Below, piece by piece: positions 1 through 8,489 of a DNA stretch of 64,000 nucleotides; position 1 is the stretch's first letter, and every line of letters starts with the position of its first letter. The notes beneath the pieces are model-generated. The model saw nothing but the letters and a program-made list of their open reading frames with translations, was not told the origin of the DNA and ran no database searches. The stretch spans positions 39,279 to 103,278 of the IMG/VR virus record IMGVR_UViG_2524614843_000001. One strand, 5' to 3'. A program made the position numbers and the translations under genes. The DNA comes from a virus. Its lineage: Duplodnaviria; Heunggongvirae; Uroviricota; Caudoviricetes.

Positions 1-320
1 ATTTGCAACGCTTTCTGGTCGTTGGTGTCGGACTTGGTGGCTTCGGAGAATTTATCCACGTCCACGTCACCGATCAGAGTTTTCAGGGTCACGGTTACGT
101 CAGTAACGGTGCTGGCCTCTTCCGGTACGGTGTCATTGTACGGGTCGATGAACGCACCTTCCGACAGCACGCCTTCACGGTTGTAAACCCAGGCTTTGCC
201 CTCGATGCGATGGAACGGCAGCAGGGCAAACAGCGCGTCGCGGTCGATTACTTCTTCAACCACACCACGCTCAACAGAAGTTGCCGACAGACGATCGGCA
301 ACGGCTTGCAGCAACGGCAT
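1..320 (-). CDS. Major capsid protein, N-terminal fragment; gene continues beyond window start
   Basis: ATG at 320 (minus) preceded by GGAGTG RBS; translation MPLLQAVADRLS... Lies directly downstream of the scaffold gene in portal-scaffold-capsid order. The listed + ORF 3..362 is its antisense. Confidence 0.5.
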   Translation of the reverse strand, partial: MPLLQAVADRLSATSVERGVVEEVIDRDALFALLPFHRIEGKAWVYNREGVLSEGAFIDPYNDTVPEEASTVTDVTVTLKTLIGDVDVDKFSEATKSDTNDQKALQ

Positions 321-411
321 ATTTCTTCACTCCTTGAATCAAATTCGGTAAGTCCTCGCTGATATAAGTCAGCGGTGACTTACCATAATACCATGAGAAA
401 TGTAGGGCAAA

Positions 412-1275
412 TCAATCGGCAGATTGAGACAAGGCAGCGCTAATGCGAGCCATGCCTTTACCTACCTCGGGTTGTTTGTTGCCTTTATTCAGCTGGCCAT
501 CCGAATTAGAGCCGGCGCCTGGCTTGATTTTCGAGCGCAGCAGAGTGTCCTTATCGGCATCACCCTCGACGATTTTCTTGAGGGCAACGTCAAACGCCAG
601 CGAACTACCGGTGGCGTCAACCAGCGGAGCACGGCCTGCAGCGCCGCGAGGCTTGTCATAGGCAACAATGCTGCCGCTTTCATCCAGATCGAAATGAGCG
701 CCATACAGCGCGCGGGTTTTAGCCGGCGTCAGCACCAATTCGTCACGGATGAAGGCGGAATTGGAGAACGCAGCGCCTACGGTTAGCTCGTTAATCGTGG
801 CTTGAGCGCTCTGCAGCTGCTCAGTCAAGCTGGTGATCTGCTGATCACGCTTGCCGAGCTCTTCCTGATGCGCTTTCACCATGTTGCCCTTGAGCTTGTC
901 GAACTCGCCTGCGGCAGCAAGACGTTCATCTTCGGCTTTGCGCTGATCTTCGAGCATTTTGCGTACCGCTGCGGGGTCAATGCCCTCGAACGCCTTGAGT
1001 TGCTCTTTCAGACCAGAAATTTCGTCCTGAGCCTTTTTCAAGTCGCCCTTCTTCTGCATCACCTCTTGCAGCAGCTTCGCTTCGCTGTCGGTCGGCTTTT
1101 TATCGCTCTTACCGGAAGCATCATCGTTTTTGCCGTCATCAGTCTTGCCACCAGTGTTGTCGTTGGCGTTGCCACCATTGCCACCACCGGAGCCACCGCC
1201 CAAGTCATTCCCGTTACCATCGTTTGCGTCCAGCAGGCGATGCAGACGGAATTGAGCCAACAGTCGTTTATTCAT
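412..1275 (-). CDS. Head scaffolding protein (coiled-coil, G/N/D-rich low-complexity segment)
   Basis: 287 aa, long K/E-rich coiled-coil stretch and Gly/Asn/Asp low-complexity run; sits between portal and capsid genes. Confidence 0.5.
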   Translation of the reverse strand: MNKRLLAQFRLHRLLDANDGNGNDLGGGSGGGNGGNANDNTGGKTDDGKNDDASGKSDKKPTDSEAKLLQEVMQKKGDLKKAQDEISGLKEQLKAFEGIDPAAVRKMLEDQRKAEDERLAAAGEFDKLKGNMVKAHQEELGKRDQQITSLTEQLQSAQATINELTVGAAFSNSAFIRDELVLTPAKTRALYGAHFDLDESGSIVAYDKPRGAAGRAPLVDATGSSLAFDVALKKIVEGDADKDTLLRSKIKPGAGSNSDGQLNKGNKQPEVGKGMARISAALSQSAD

Positions 1276-1341
1276 TGCGTTTTCCTTTGGCCAGTCTCTC
1301 GGCCGATTAAAAGCCAGCAGTTCTCTTAGCTGGGTTGAAGG

Positions 1342-2904
1342 TTAAGAGCCGTTGTTTTCAACGGTCGAACTACCCTGCTGATTCGAGCCCTGACCCAGCG
1401 GGCGAGGGTCAAGGCCGTCAGCAGGCCCACTTTTGCCACCGAAGCCCGGCAGGCTAACCAAGCTTTTTGGCCAGTCCTTTTCGATGGCATCAATGATCTT
1501 TTTGCGCTTCACAACCGATAGCTGCGGATAGAGCTTATCTACCAGGCGCTCCAGTTGATGCCGGCGCAATTCGTCCGGCGCGTCCAGATCTTGCAGGCGA
1601 GTCGCAATATCGAGCTCATCCACCAGACCGCGCGTATCGAAGGTTTCCGGATAGGTCACAAGGTTCTCGCTCACTTCTTTGCTGTGATAAGCGGATACCA
1701 AGCGACAAATTTGGTTTTCAGCCAGCTCAAGCGCATCTGCCTTGGAGACCAGCAGTGCATTCACACGCTCGAAGTCGAAGGCCTTGGCCACGCCCGAGCT
1801 GTTGTCGATGCCCATTGAGTTATCAGATTTGGTGCGCTCACCCGCCAATCCGACAGAGTGGTAGATCTCGTTGATGATCTTGGAGATCACATCGAGAATC
1901 ACATTTGCCTGTTTGGCATCAGGGCTGATGTATTTAGGCTCGCCGCCGTGCTCGCCGTCGTAGGTAAACACGCGCTTGGTGCCGGCATCTACCAGCTTGC
2001 TGTAACCCTCATCACCAGGCAGCAGGCCTTGAGCTGGCATTACCAGCTGGCTAAAGGTCTGGTCCTGAATGATGGCGTCCAGATTCGACAGATAGTTCGC
2101 AACGGCACGGTCGAGATAGGCAATGTCATCAATCAGGCCTGGCGATGAGTACGAGCGCACATGCGAAATCATGTGGTCGAGGAATACCACCGGCACTTTG
2201 CCAATTGAAACTTCACCGCCATCGACAGTGAAGTTGCCAGTTGGCGCCCCTTTGCTATCCAGCTCGGGCTTAATCAGATACCAGTTGTTCTTTGTCCAGA
2301 GGCGGAATCGCTCATGGACGAGGCCGGACGACGTGAAGGGGTCAGCATCATCACGCCCATGCTCACGGAGCAGCACCCAGCTAAGCTCGCCGGCCTCGTC
2401 CCAAGCGAAATCGAGAATATCCTCGACACTCACAAAGTAGGCATACACTGTGTTGCCAAGCTGCTTTTCCTCGGCCAAATTGGCGGGCTTTGGTGTTTCG
2501 GCACCCACTCGGCTATCCACCACAATGGCGACGCGACCACCAATCGAGCTCAGCAGCGAGCCTTGGCGCATAAATTCGTCGATACCCAGGCCTGAGCCAT
2601 TTACGCTCTTCCAAAAGGCCTTCACAAACTCCGGCGCATCAGTAGCGCGCTCAGGTAATTTCTTGAAGAGGTACTTGTTGACCAGATCAGAAACTTCCTT
2701 GGTGTGATTGAAGCGATAGGCACGCGCAATACGCTGCCGAAATTCGTGCTTACCCTCTTTGTGGTAAGTGAAAATGTGCTTCTTAAACCACTCGCGGCCA
2801 CCCTCATAGGTTTCGCGCAGAAAACCCCAATGCTTAATCAGCTTGGCGTATTCCGGATGGCGTCTTTTACTGATGGTTGAAATTTGTTCTTGTGAGTACG
2901 ACAT
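1342..2904 (-). CDS. Portal protein (putative)
   Basis: 520 aa, immediately downstream of large terminase and upstream of scaffold; size and position typical of portal. Confidence 0.55.
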   Translation of the reverse strand: MSYSQEQISTISKRRHPEYAKLIKHWGFLRETYEGGREWFKKHIFTYHKEGKHEFRQRIARAYRFNHTKEVSDLVNKYLFKKLPERATDAPEFVKAFWKSVNGSGLGIDEFMRQGSLLSSIGGRVAIVVDSRVGAETPKPANLAEEKQLGNTVYAYFVSVEDILDFAWDEAGELSWVLLREHGRDDADPFTSSGLVHERFRLWTKNNWYLIKPELDSKGAPTGNFTVDGGEVSIGKVPVVFLDHMISHVRSYSSPGLIDDIAYLDRAVANYLSNLDAIIQDQTFSQLVMPAQGLLPGDEGYSKLVDAGTKRVFTYDGEHGGEPKYISPDAKQANVILDVISKIINEIYHSVGLAGERTKSDNSMGIDNSSGVAKAFDFERVNALLVSKADALELAENQICRLVSAYHSKEVSENLVTYPETFDTRGLVDELDIATRLQDLDAPDELRRHQLERLVDKLYPQLSVVKRKKIIDAIEKDWPKSLVSLPGFGGKSGPADGLDPRPLGQGSNQQGSSTVENNGS

Positions 2905-2932
2905 ATCTGCACCTAAACCTTAACAATATTAA

Positions 2933-2951
2933 ATCACCTGTGACTTATTTA
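2933..2951 (-). promoter_or_regulatory. Class-A intergenic motif copy (aTCAcctgTGACTTATTTA on plus)
   Basis: Between terL stop and portal start; matches consensus GTCA-N4-TGACTTACTTA. Confidence 0.5.
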
Positions 2952-2956
2952 TGCAA

Positions 2957-4213
2957 TCACAAAGAAACGCCCAAAATTTGAACACGGCGCATCGGAAATT
3001 CGAGCTCAATTGGATAGCCAATCGCGTCAGCAATGTGCTCGATACCGGCGCTCTTATCCACTTCGCGCGAACCTTTCTTGTAGAGCACCTGCTCAAATGC
3101 CTTAATCAGATGCTTGCAGCGCTCATCGATGCGCAGAATGACCCGACCGGATGCCGACATAAGCAGTCGATTGACCGCATTGACCCGATCTGCCACTGGA
3201 GGGTGCTTCTTGCGGTACTTAATACGCTTGAAGCCGATCTCTCGCATGATGTCGAGGTCAGACTCACCACGACCATGCTGCCGGCTGGCACCGGCTGGGT
3301 CGGGGTAAAGCGTGATCTGGTTCTTGCCCAGGTAGCGCCAGTAGCGCCGCTCTAACTCGGCGCCCATATCTTCGGTGTTAGAGCTGAACCGCACGCACTC
3401 ATCGACCGCCCACACCTCGCCGTTTGGTTGCGGCTGCAGGATGATTGCGCTCATTGGGTCAATGTTGAAGTCCTGACCAATCCAAATGGGCAAGGCCGGA
3501 TTGAAGTCGTACTTCCCGACATGCACGTTCCGGTCGAAGGTGTAGTACACCCGTCCGCTCATGGTCTCGAACGCCGCGTTGAACTCCTGGTTGAACGTCT
3601 TTTCATCCATATCCGCCTTCGCCGCTTCAATTTCCTCGGGCGGAATAAAGGGCGACATGAGCGTAGGGAACTGCCAGCTCATCCAAGTGCGGCCGTCGCG
3701 CTGCCCCATCATGAAAAGCTTGTGCAAATGGTTGTAGGCCTTTGGCGTTCCGATGATCAGCGCATGACCCAACGTAGAGGCAAGGGTTGGGCGAAGCACC
3801 GTTTCCCACACCTCGGGCTTAATGTCCTGAAACTCGTCCAGCACCACAAAATGCAGACCAACGCCTCGCAAGGTGTCTGGTTTATCCGCACCTTTGAGCT
3901 CGATAATCGTCCCATTGACCAGATGAATGATCATCATGGTTTCATTCATACGTCTGATCAATTTGCGGGGTATAGCGTCGGTAAGCTCGCGCCACATGAT
4001 CTGGCGAGCCATACGGTAGGTAGGCGCCACGTACCAGATCAGCTGCTTAGGCTTAGCCGCATACTTGATGATCGAGATTTTTGAGAGCTGTGTTTTGCCC
4101 CAGCGCCGACCTGCAACCACGACCTTGTAGCGCGCTGGATGCCGATAAACGAGCATCTGGCCGCGATGAAGCTTGAGCGATTGCCGCTTTTTGGCCGTCG
4201 GAACAGTGATCAT
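2957..4213 (-). CDS. terL: Terminase large subunit
   Basis: 418 aa; Walker A VVAGRRWGKT, Walker B-like VVLDEF; C-terminal nuclease-like region; overlaps terS stop. Confidence 0.8.
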   Translation of the reverse strand: MITVPTAKKRQSLKLHRGQMLVYRHPARYKVVVAGRRWGKTQLSKISIIKYAAKPKQLIWYVAPTYRMARQIMWRELTDAIPRKLIRRMNETMMIIHLVNGTIIELKGADKPDTLRGVGLHFVVLDEFQDIKPEVWETVLRPTLASTLGHALIIGTPKAYNHLHKLFMMGQRDGRTWMSWQFPTLMSPFIPPEEIEAAKADMDEKTFNQEFNAAFETMSGRVYYTFDRNVHVGKYDFNPALPIWIGQDFNIDPMSAIILQPQPNGEVWAVDECVRFSSNTEDMGAELERRYWRYLGKNQITLYPDPAGASRQHGRGESDLDIMREIGFKRIKYRKKHPPVADRVNAVNRLLMSASGRVILRIDERCKHLIKAFEQVLYKKGSREVDKSAGIEHIADAIGYPIELEFPMRRVQILGVSL

Positions 4214-4866
4214 TCCGGCACCTCGCTCTCGTCCACCTCGCTCTCGTCATCGACCTCTTCGACTACGCCAGGCTCAAGACCAAACTCTTCCAAATCTTGA
4301 ATTTCCGGCATCGACATGGCTGCGCGCTGCTGGTTGCGGATTTCCTCAACCTCATTGGCCGACAGCTCGGAAATCTCAAAGCCAGGCAACTCCTCTGCGC
4401 CACCCTCTTCTTCTTTGATGCCCAGCAAGATGTACTCTTCGGTGCGCAACTTGCTCATTGCCTCGACACCTAGCTTGATGGTCATCATGGTGTCTTTGAG
4501 GCTATCCATCGAAAAGCCGGCAGGGTTCTCGACGAAGCTCTTTGCAGACAGAGCAGAAATGCTATTGAGCAAGTAGGACAGGCGCTGAGCGGTCTGGATA
4601 TGGCGCTTTTTGGCGTCCTCTTGCAGCTTGAGCTTTTCGTCACGCAGAGCTAGCTCCCGAGCCATGCGCTCTTCGCGCTCTTTCTCTGCCAGCTCGCGGG
4701 CTGCGCGCCCTTTAACCGCACCCAACTCTTTGATCACCCGGGCGATGGTGCCGCGATGCCGATCAAATGCCTTGGCAATCTGCTCGATGCTGGCGTCCAT
4801 CTCGTACATCTCGGCGATTTTCTGTTTTTCCGCCTCGGTCAGACGTGTTTTCGTTTCGCTAGTCAT
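4210..4866 (-). CDS. terS: Terminase small subunit (HTH DNA-binding, acidic C-terminus), putative
   Basis: 218 aa; N-terminal HTH-like segment (IEQIAKAFDRHRGTIARVIKE), coiled-coil, acidic tail; immediately upstream of terL with 4-nt overlap. Confidence 0.5.
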   Translation of the reverse strand: MTSETKTRLTEAEKQKIAEMYEMDASIEQIAKAFDRHRGTIARVIKELGAVKGRAARELAEKEREERMARELALRDEKLKLQEDAKKRHIQTAQRLSYLLNSISALSAKSFVENPAGFSMDSLKDTMMTIKLGVEAMSKLRTEEYILLGIKEEEGGAEELPGFEISELSANEVEEIRNQQRAAMSMPEIQDLEEFGLEPGVVEEVDDESEVDESEVPE

Positions 4867-4879
4867 ACCAATTCAAGTC

Positions 4880-4913
4880 AATAAAAAAAGGGGCAGCGTT
4901 TTACCGCCGCCCC
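4880..4913 (-). terminator. Hairpin plus U-tract (minus-strand sense) 14 nt upstream of terS ATG
   Basis: GGGGCAGCG-ttttac-CGCCGCCCC stem preceded on plus by A8 (U-run on minus transcript). Confidence 0.45.
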
Positions 4914-4988
4914 TTGCACAAACAGGAACCGAACAAGTCTCGCTAAACGCACGACTTGGTTTCATATTACGGCGTTTTAATAACATAA

Positions 4989-5006
4989 GTCAACAGTGAC
5001 TTACTA
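4989..5006 (-). promoter_or_regulatory. Class-A motif copy; its TTGACT half-site plus TAATAT 18 bp downstream form a sigma70-like promoter reading toward terS
   Basis: Minus strand reads TAGTAAGTCACTGTTGACTtatgttattaaaacgccgTAATAT. Confidence 0.45.
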
Positions 5007-5008
5007 TC

Positions 5009-5141
5009 TAATCCGGAGTAGATCGTGGATAGGTAGAAGTTGGGAATTTTTATGCTTTCCAATATTTATTAACTACAGATAGATAGAAAGATAATATCTA
5101 TTGGAGCGTCAAGATTTTCCCAACTCAACCTCTCCGGATTA
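5009..5141. repeat. Nested inverted-repeat element, copy 1 (TAATCCGGAG...GTTGGGAA...CCAATA-[AT-rich core TTAACTACAG + GATAGATAGAAAG]-TATTGG...TTCCCAAC...CTCCGGATTA)
   Basis: Three concentric inverted-repeat pairs around an AT-rich core; second copy at 17699-17860. Confidence 0.7.
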
Positions 5142-5453
5142 CTTCTCCGCGGTAGGCTTTGCAACGAAATTAAGCGCCCCTCGCCGGCTCGCAGCCAAGA
5201 TGCGGAAGGCTTCAAGCGTTGGCTTCCAGAGGTGTCGCTCCTTACCCTCTTCGACGATCACTTCACAGGCGGCAAGACCGTACTGCTGCAGATATGTCAG
5301 AGTGCAGCGCAGCGCACGCGGTGTCGGCGCGTAGCTGAGCATCAAGCGCAGCTCATTCGTCCGGATGGCCTTGCACGCCTCATTCTCATGACAGAGCCTT
5401 GCCAACACCTCCATCTGCTTTACGGTACCGGCGAACTGTTTGACCTTCTTCAT
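5139..5453 (-). CDS. Hypothetical protein (104 aa), last gene of ParB/ABC/GNAT operon
   Basis: GGAGGGA RBS; start overlaps stop of upstream GNAT-like gene. Confidence 0.5.
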   Translation of the reverse strand: MKKVKQFAGTVKQMEVLARLCHENEACKAIRTNELRLMLSYAPTPRALRCTLTYLQQYGLAACEVIVEEGKERHLWKPTLEAFRILAASRRGALNFVAKPTAEK

Positions 5454-6343
5454 GCCAGTCCCTCCAGATTGAGCGGCTCATGCACGCCCTGCCGGTCGAA
5501 TGCGGTCAGCGGAAGCCGGTCGGGCAGTACAAGCCCCACATCGGGGTTGAAGTAGAAGCCCCAGGCTGGCGCCCCGAAAATCAACTGCTGCATTTCCTTG
5601 AGCAAGTGAGCGGCCTCCATCGCCTCAACGCGCGAAGTACCGTTCTTCAAGTTTCCGCCCGTCTTTTCTTTGGCGCTCTCCTTGTAGTACCACTGCTTCA
5701 TGCGGCGCAGCACGCTCTGACGCATCACTTCCGGCATGGCATTGAGCTCGTTCATGATCGCTTCGTGGTCAACAGGGTCGGACTCGAACAGCCCGCGCAG
5801 GAACTTGAGCCCGATCTCGTACTTGGTGCTGGGCTCCGGCTTGGCGAAGCGAAAGCCTGCCCGCTCGGCGAACGGGTTGACCTTGCTCATCGAGCTGCTG
5901 ATCTCGTACAGGCGCAGGCCTTCCAGACGCATCGACAGGTTCAGCATCCGGTACGCCAGCCCGACGCCGCGGAACTGCGTGTCGTTGACCACGCGGGCGG
6001 CAAGCGCGAACTCCCGATTGATGACCTTGCCGCGCATGGTGTTGAGCAACGTGCTGTCTGCGCCTGGCTTGATGCCTGGCAGAACGCGGTGGCGGTTCTT
6101 GTCGAGCAGACGCGGGCGAGTGAACACCACAACACCGATGGTTTTGCCGGCCAGCACGCAGCGCCAGTAGTGGGCGCCGAACATGCTGTTGCTTTCGGTC
6201 TTGTAGTGCAGGGCGTGTAGCTGATGCCAGTCATCAATCGTTCCACGCTCCACGTACATATCGCGCAGCAATGAGAACGTGCGGGAAGCGGGCTGCAAGC
6301 GCATCAGACGCGCGTTTGCAGTGTCGGATAGGATAAGACTCAT
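5450..6343 (-). CDS. GNAT-fold acetyltransferase-like protein with about 120-aa C-terminal extension
   Basis: 297 aa; GNAT motif A-like RVVNDTQFRGVGLAYRML; translationally coupled to the upstream ABC ATPase gene. Confidence 0.5.
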   Translation of the reverse strand: MSLILSDTANARLMRLQPASRTFSLLRDMYVERGTIDDWHQLHALHYKTESNSMFGAHYWRCVLAGKTIGVVVFTRPRLLDKNRHRVLPGIKPGADSTLLNTMRGKVINREFALAARVVNDTQFRGVGLAYRMLNLSMRLEGLRLYEISSSMSKVNPFAERAGFRFAKPEPSTKYEIGLKFLRGLFESDPVDHEAIMNELNAMPEVMRQSVLRRMKQWYYKESAKEKTGGNLKNGTSRVEAMEAAHLLKEMQQLIFGAPAWGFYFNPDVGLVLPDRLPLTAFDRQGVHEPLNLEGLA

Positions 6344-6346
6344 CCT

Positions 6347-7054
6347 TCACTCTCCCGCGCGTTCTGAGCGCGTTTCTGCGTCATTCCGGACGATCTCGAC
6401 TTTCTCCCCGTAATACTTCTCCAGAATCAGGGACGGGTTGAGATCTTCGACCAGATCGCCGTGCGTGGTGGCGACGATCAGAGTCTTGCCGGCGCGGCGT
6501 GCAGCCTGCTGCAGTTGGTACGAGATTGCCTTTGCGGTGTTCCGGTCGAGCACGGCGCCGAACTCGTCGGCAACCCATACATCGGCATCGCTGCTCAGCA
6601 TATAGGCAAGCAATAGACGGTATTTCTGGCCATCCGACAGTTCGCCCGGGCGCCGGATGACGAGGTTTGCGTCATTGATACCGCCAAGAGACAGCAGCCG
6701 GATGGCTTCTTGCATGTCACCATTGGGCGCCAGCTGGTCCACCAGCGGCAGATTCGGGTCGAAAAGCTGACTCAAAACGCCATCTGAGGCCAACCCAATC
6801 GAGCCGACTTTCAAGCCGGCCGTTGCCAGCTGGCGAGCAGTTTCTCGCAGCGCGATGGATTTGCCGGAGCCGGATTCGCCTGTGATGTAGAAAACGTCGC
6901 CCTGCTCGATCTCGAACTGCAGGTTGTCGTAGATGGTGAACTGCTTGTCGTCCAAACCAACGCCAAACATTTCTGCGACCTGGCGCACGCGCTCAGTGCG
7001 CATAACTGACATGGCAAAGGCGACGTTCAGAGTGATGGTGTGTTTCCAGCTCAT
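6347..7054 (-). CDS. Stand-alone ABC-type ATPase (235 aa)
   Basis: Walker A GESGSGKS, ABC signature LSDGQKYRL, Walker B VWVADEF, H-loop TTHGD; ATGA overlap with upstream ParB-like gene. Confidence 0.7.
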   Translation of the reverse strand: MSWKHTITLNVAFAMSVMRTERVRQVAEMFGVGLDDKQFTIYDNLQFEIEQGDVFYITGESGSGKSIALRETARQLATAGLKVGSIGLASDGVLSQLFDPNLPLVDQLAPNGDMQEAIRLLSLGGINDANLVIRRPGELSDGQKYRLLLAYMLSSDADVWVADEFGAVLDRNTAKAISYQLQQAARRAGKTLIVATTHGDLVEDLNPSLILEKYYGEKVEIVRNDAETRSERAGE

Positions 7055-7737
7055 GCCGCGGCTCCTTCAAGATAGCGGCCGGCGAAGTCCATGAATGCGT
7101 CCTTGCCTTCCTTGCCGGTAGCGCCCTCAATCATGGCCATGAAGCGAGTCAGCCGACGTTGCTCTTCCACGGTGACGTGCTTGAAGCCCAGCACCTTGTC
7201 GATATTCACCTTCTCGGCATCGACGGTCTCGATTTTTTCCGCCGTCGAGGTGGCAATCGAGGTGCTTGCAGCAAGTAAGTTATCCACCGTTTCATTGAGG
7301 TCGATTTCATCGATCTTGAAGTCGCGCAGCAGCTTATCGAGCTCGCCGGTGTCGATTGCGGTCAGCTCGGCCAGCTCGGAAACATCGAAAGACAGATCAC
7401 GCAGCTCGGCGGTCAGGAAGTCGAAGTTGGTTTCGCCCAGCTCGCCCATGCGGTTGTCGTTGATGCGGAACAGGCGCTTGTCCTCTTCCGACATGCCGGT
7501 GACAACCAGTACCGGTACCGATTTGAGCTCTAGTTCCAGCGCAGCCAGTCGGCGACCATGACCGGCCATGATGACGAAGTTTTCATCGACGATGATGGGC
7601 GGTCCGGCCCAGCCTCGCTTCATGTTGGCCGCGAGCGCCTTGATCTGGCTCGGTGGGTGATTCTTGGGGTTCCGATCATAGGGAACCAGCTTCTCGATTG
7701 GGAAGTTGTTATGAAGTTCGCGCTTGATGTGTTCCAT
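7051..7737 (-). CDS. ParB N-terminal (ParB/Srx nuclease-like) domain protein 2
   Basis: 228 aa; ParB-box-like GHGRRLAALE; acidic C-terminal half. Confidence 0.6.
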   Translation of the reverse strand: MEHIKRELHNNFPIEKLVPYDRNPKNHPPSQIKALAANMKRGWAGPPIIVDENFVIMAGHGRRLAALELELKSVPVLVVTGMSEEDKRLFRINDNRMGELGETNFDFLTAELRDLSFDVSELAELTAIDTGELDKLLRDFKIDEIDLNETVDNLLAASTSIATSTAEKIETVDAEKVNIDKVLGFKHVTVEEQRRLTRFMAMIEGATGKEGKDAFMDFAGRYLEGAAA

Positions 7738-7740
7738 TAT

Positions 7741-7759
7741 GTCACCTGTGACTTACTTA
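7741..7759 (-). promoter_or_regulatory. Class-A motif copy (GTCAcctgTGACTTACTTA); includes stop codon of ParB-1 and ends 3 nt before ParB-2 ATG
   Basis: Minus reads gcTAAGTAAGTCAcagGTGACataATG. Confidence 0.55.
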
Positions 7760-8427
7760 GCGGTGAAGAGAATGTGAGCGAGAGCGTAGCCGGCATTAGT
7801 CAGCGCATCCTCTTCGGTAAAGCCTTGTTGCTCGCGGACGTTTTCAATCAGCTCGCGGATACGGATGGCGTCTGCCACCGGCACTTTGAAGCGGAGGATT
7901 TCGTGGGTTTTGACCTTTTCGCTCAGCGGCTCAACCACCGGTGCTTCTGGCGTCAGCTCTTCTGGCGCTGAAAAATCAGGAATTTCCAAGGCATCCAGAT
8001 CAATGCTGGTCGCTGCAAACAGATCATTGAGTTCGCGGTCACTAATCGGCATGAAGCTGGTGAGCTCTGGAAGATCAATATTCAGACTGGCAATGACCGC
8101 ATTCAGCGCGTCAATATCGTCGGCGCCGTAGCGCGCGTTATCCAGCAGGCCAATTTCTTTGGCCTCTTCATCGCTAATTGGGCCCAAGTTGAAAATCGGC
8201 ACTTCTGCCAGGCCAATTCGGATGGCTGATTCACATCGATGTTGGCCACCCAAAATTTCCAGAGTTAAACCTTCATTTGAGGGTATTTCGCGCACGATAA
8301 TTGGCTTAAACATGCCTCGGCGCTGAATACTCGCATCCAGTTTTGCCTCGTTATCCGGTGAAACTCGATTCGAGTTCCAAGGGTTAGGTTTTAGAGATCG
8401 CGGGTCAGCTTTTGATTGTCCAGTCAT
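7753..8427 (-). CDS. ParB N-terminal (ParB/Srx nuclease-like) domain protein 1
   Basis: 224 aa; GGQHR motif (EILGGQHRCESA) typical of ParB/DUF262-type domains. Confidence 0.6.
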   Translation of the reverse strand: MTGQSKADPRSLKPNPWNSNRVSPDNEAKLDASIQRRGMFKPIIVREIPSNEGLTLEILGGQHRCESAIRIGLAEVPIFNLGPISDEEAKEIGLLDNARYGADDIDALNAVIASLNIDLPELTSFMPISDRELNDLFAATSIDLDALEIPDFSAPEELTPEAPVVEPLSEKVKTHEILRFKVPVADAIRIRELIENVREQQGFTEEDALTNAGYALAHILFTAK

Positions 8428-8454
8428 TCCCTTATCCGTCCTGCTAAAATGTTA

Positions 8455-8474
8455 GTCATCGATGACTTATCATA
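8455..8474 (-). promoter_or_regulatory. Class-A motif copy (perfect palindrome AGTCATCGATGACT + TATCATA) in divergent region between ParB operon and helicase
   Basis: GTCAtcgaTGACTTATCATA; oriented toward ParB-1. Confidence 0.5.
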
Positions 8475-8489
8475 AGCGCCAAAGGCAAT

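Noticed and set aside
3-362. Plus-strand ORF of 119 aa at window start
   Set aside because: It is the antisense of a minus-strand gene with a clear RBS and ATG at 320 (major capsid N-terminus).
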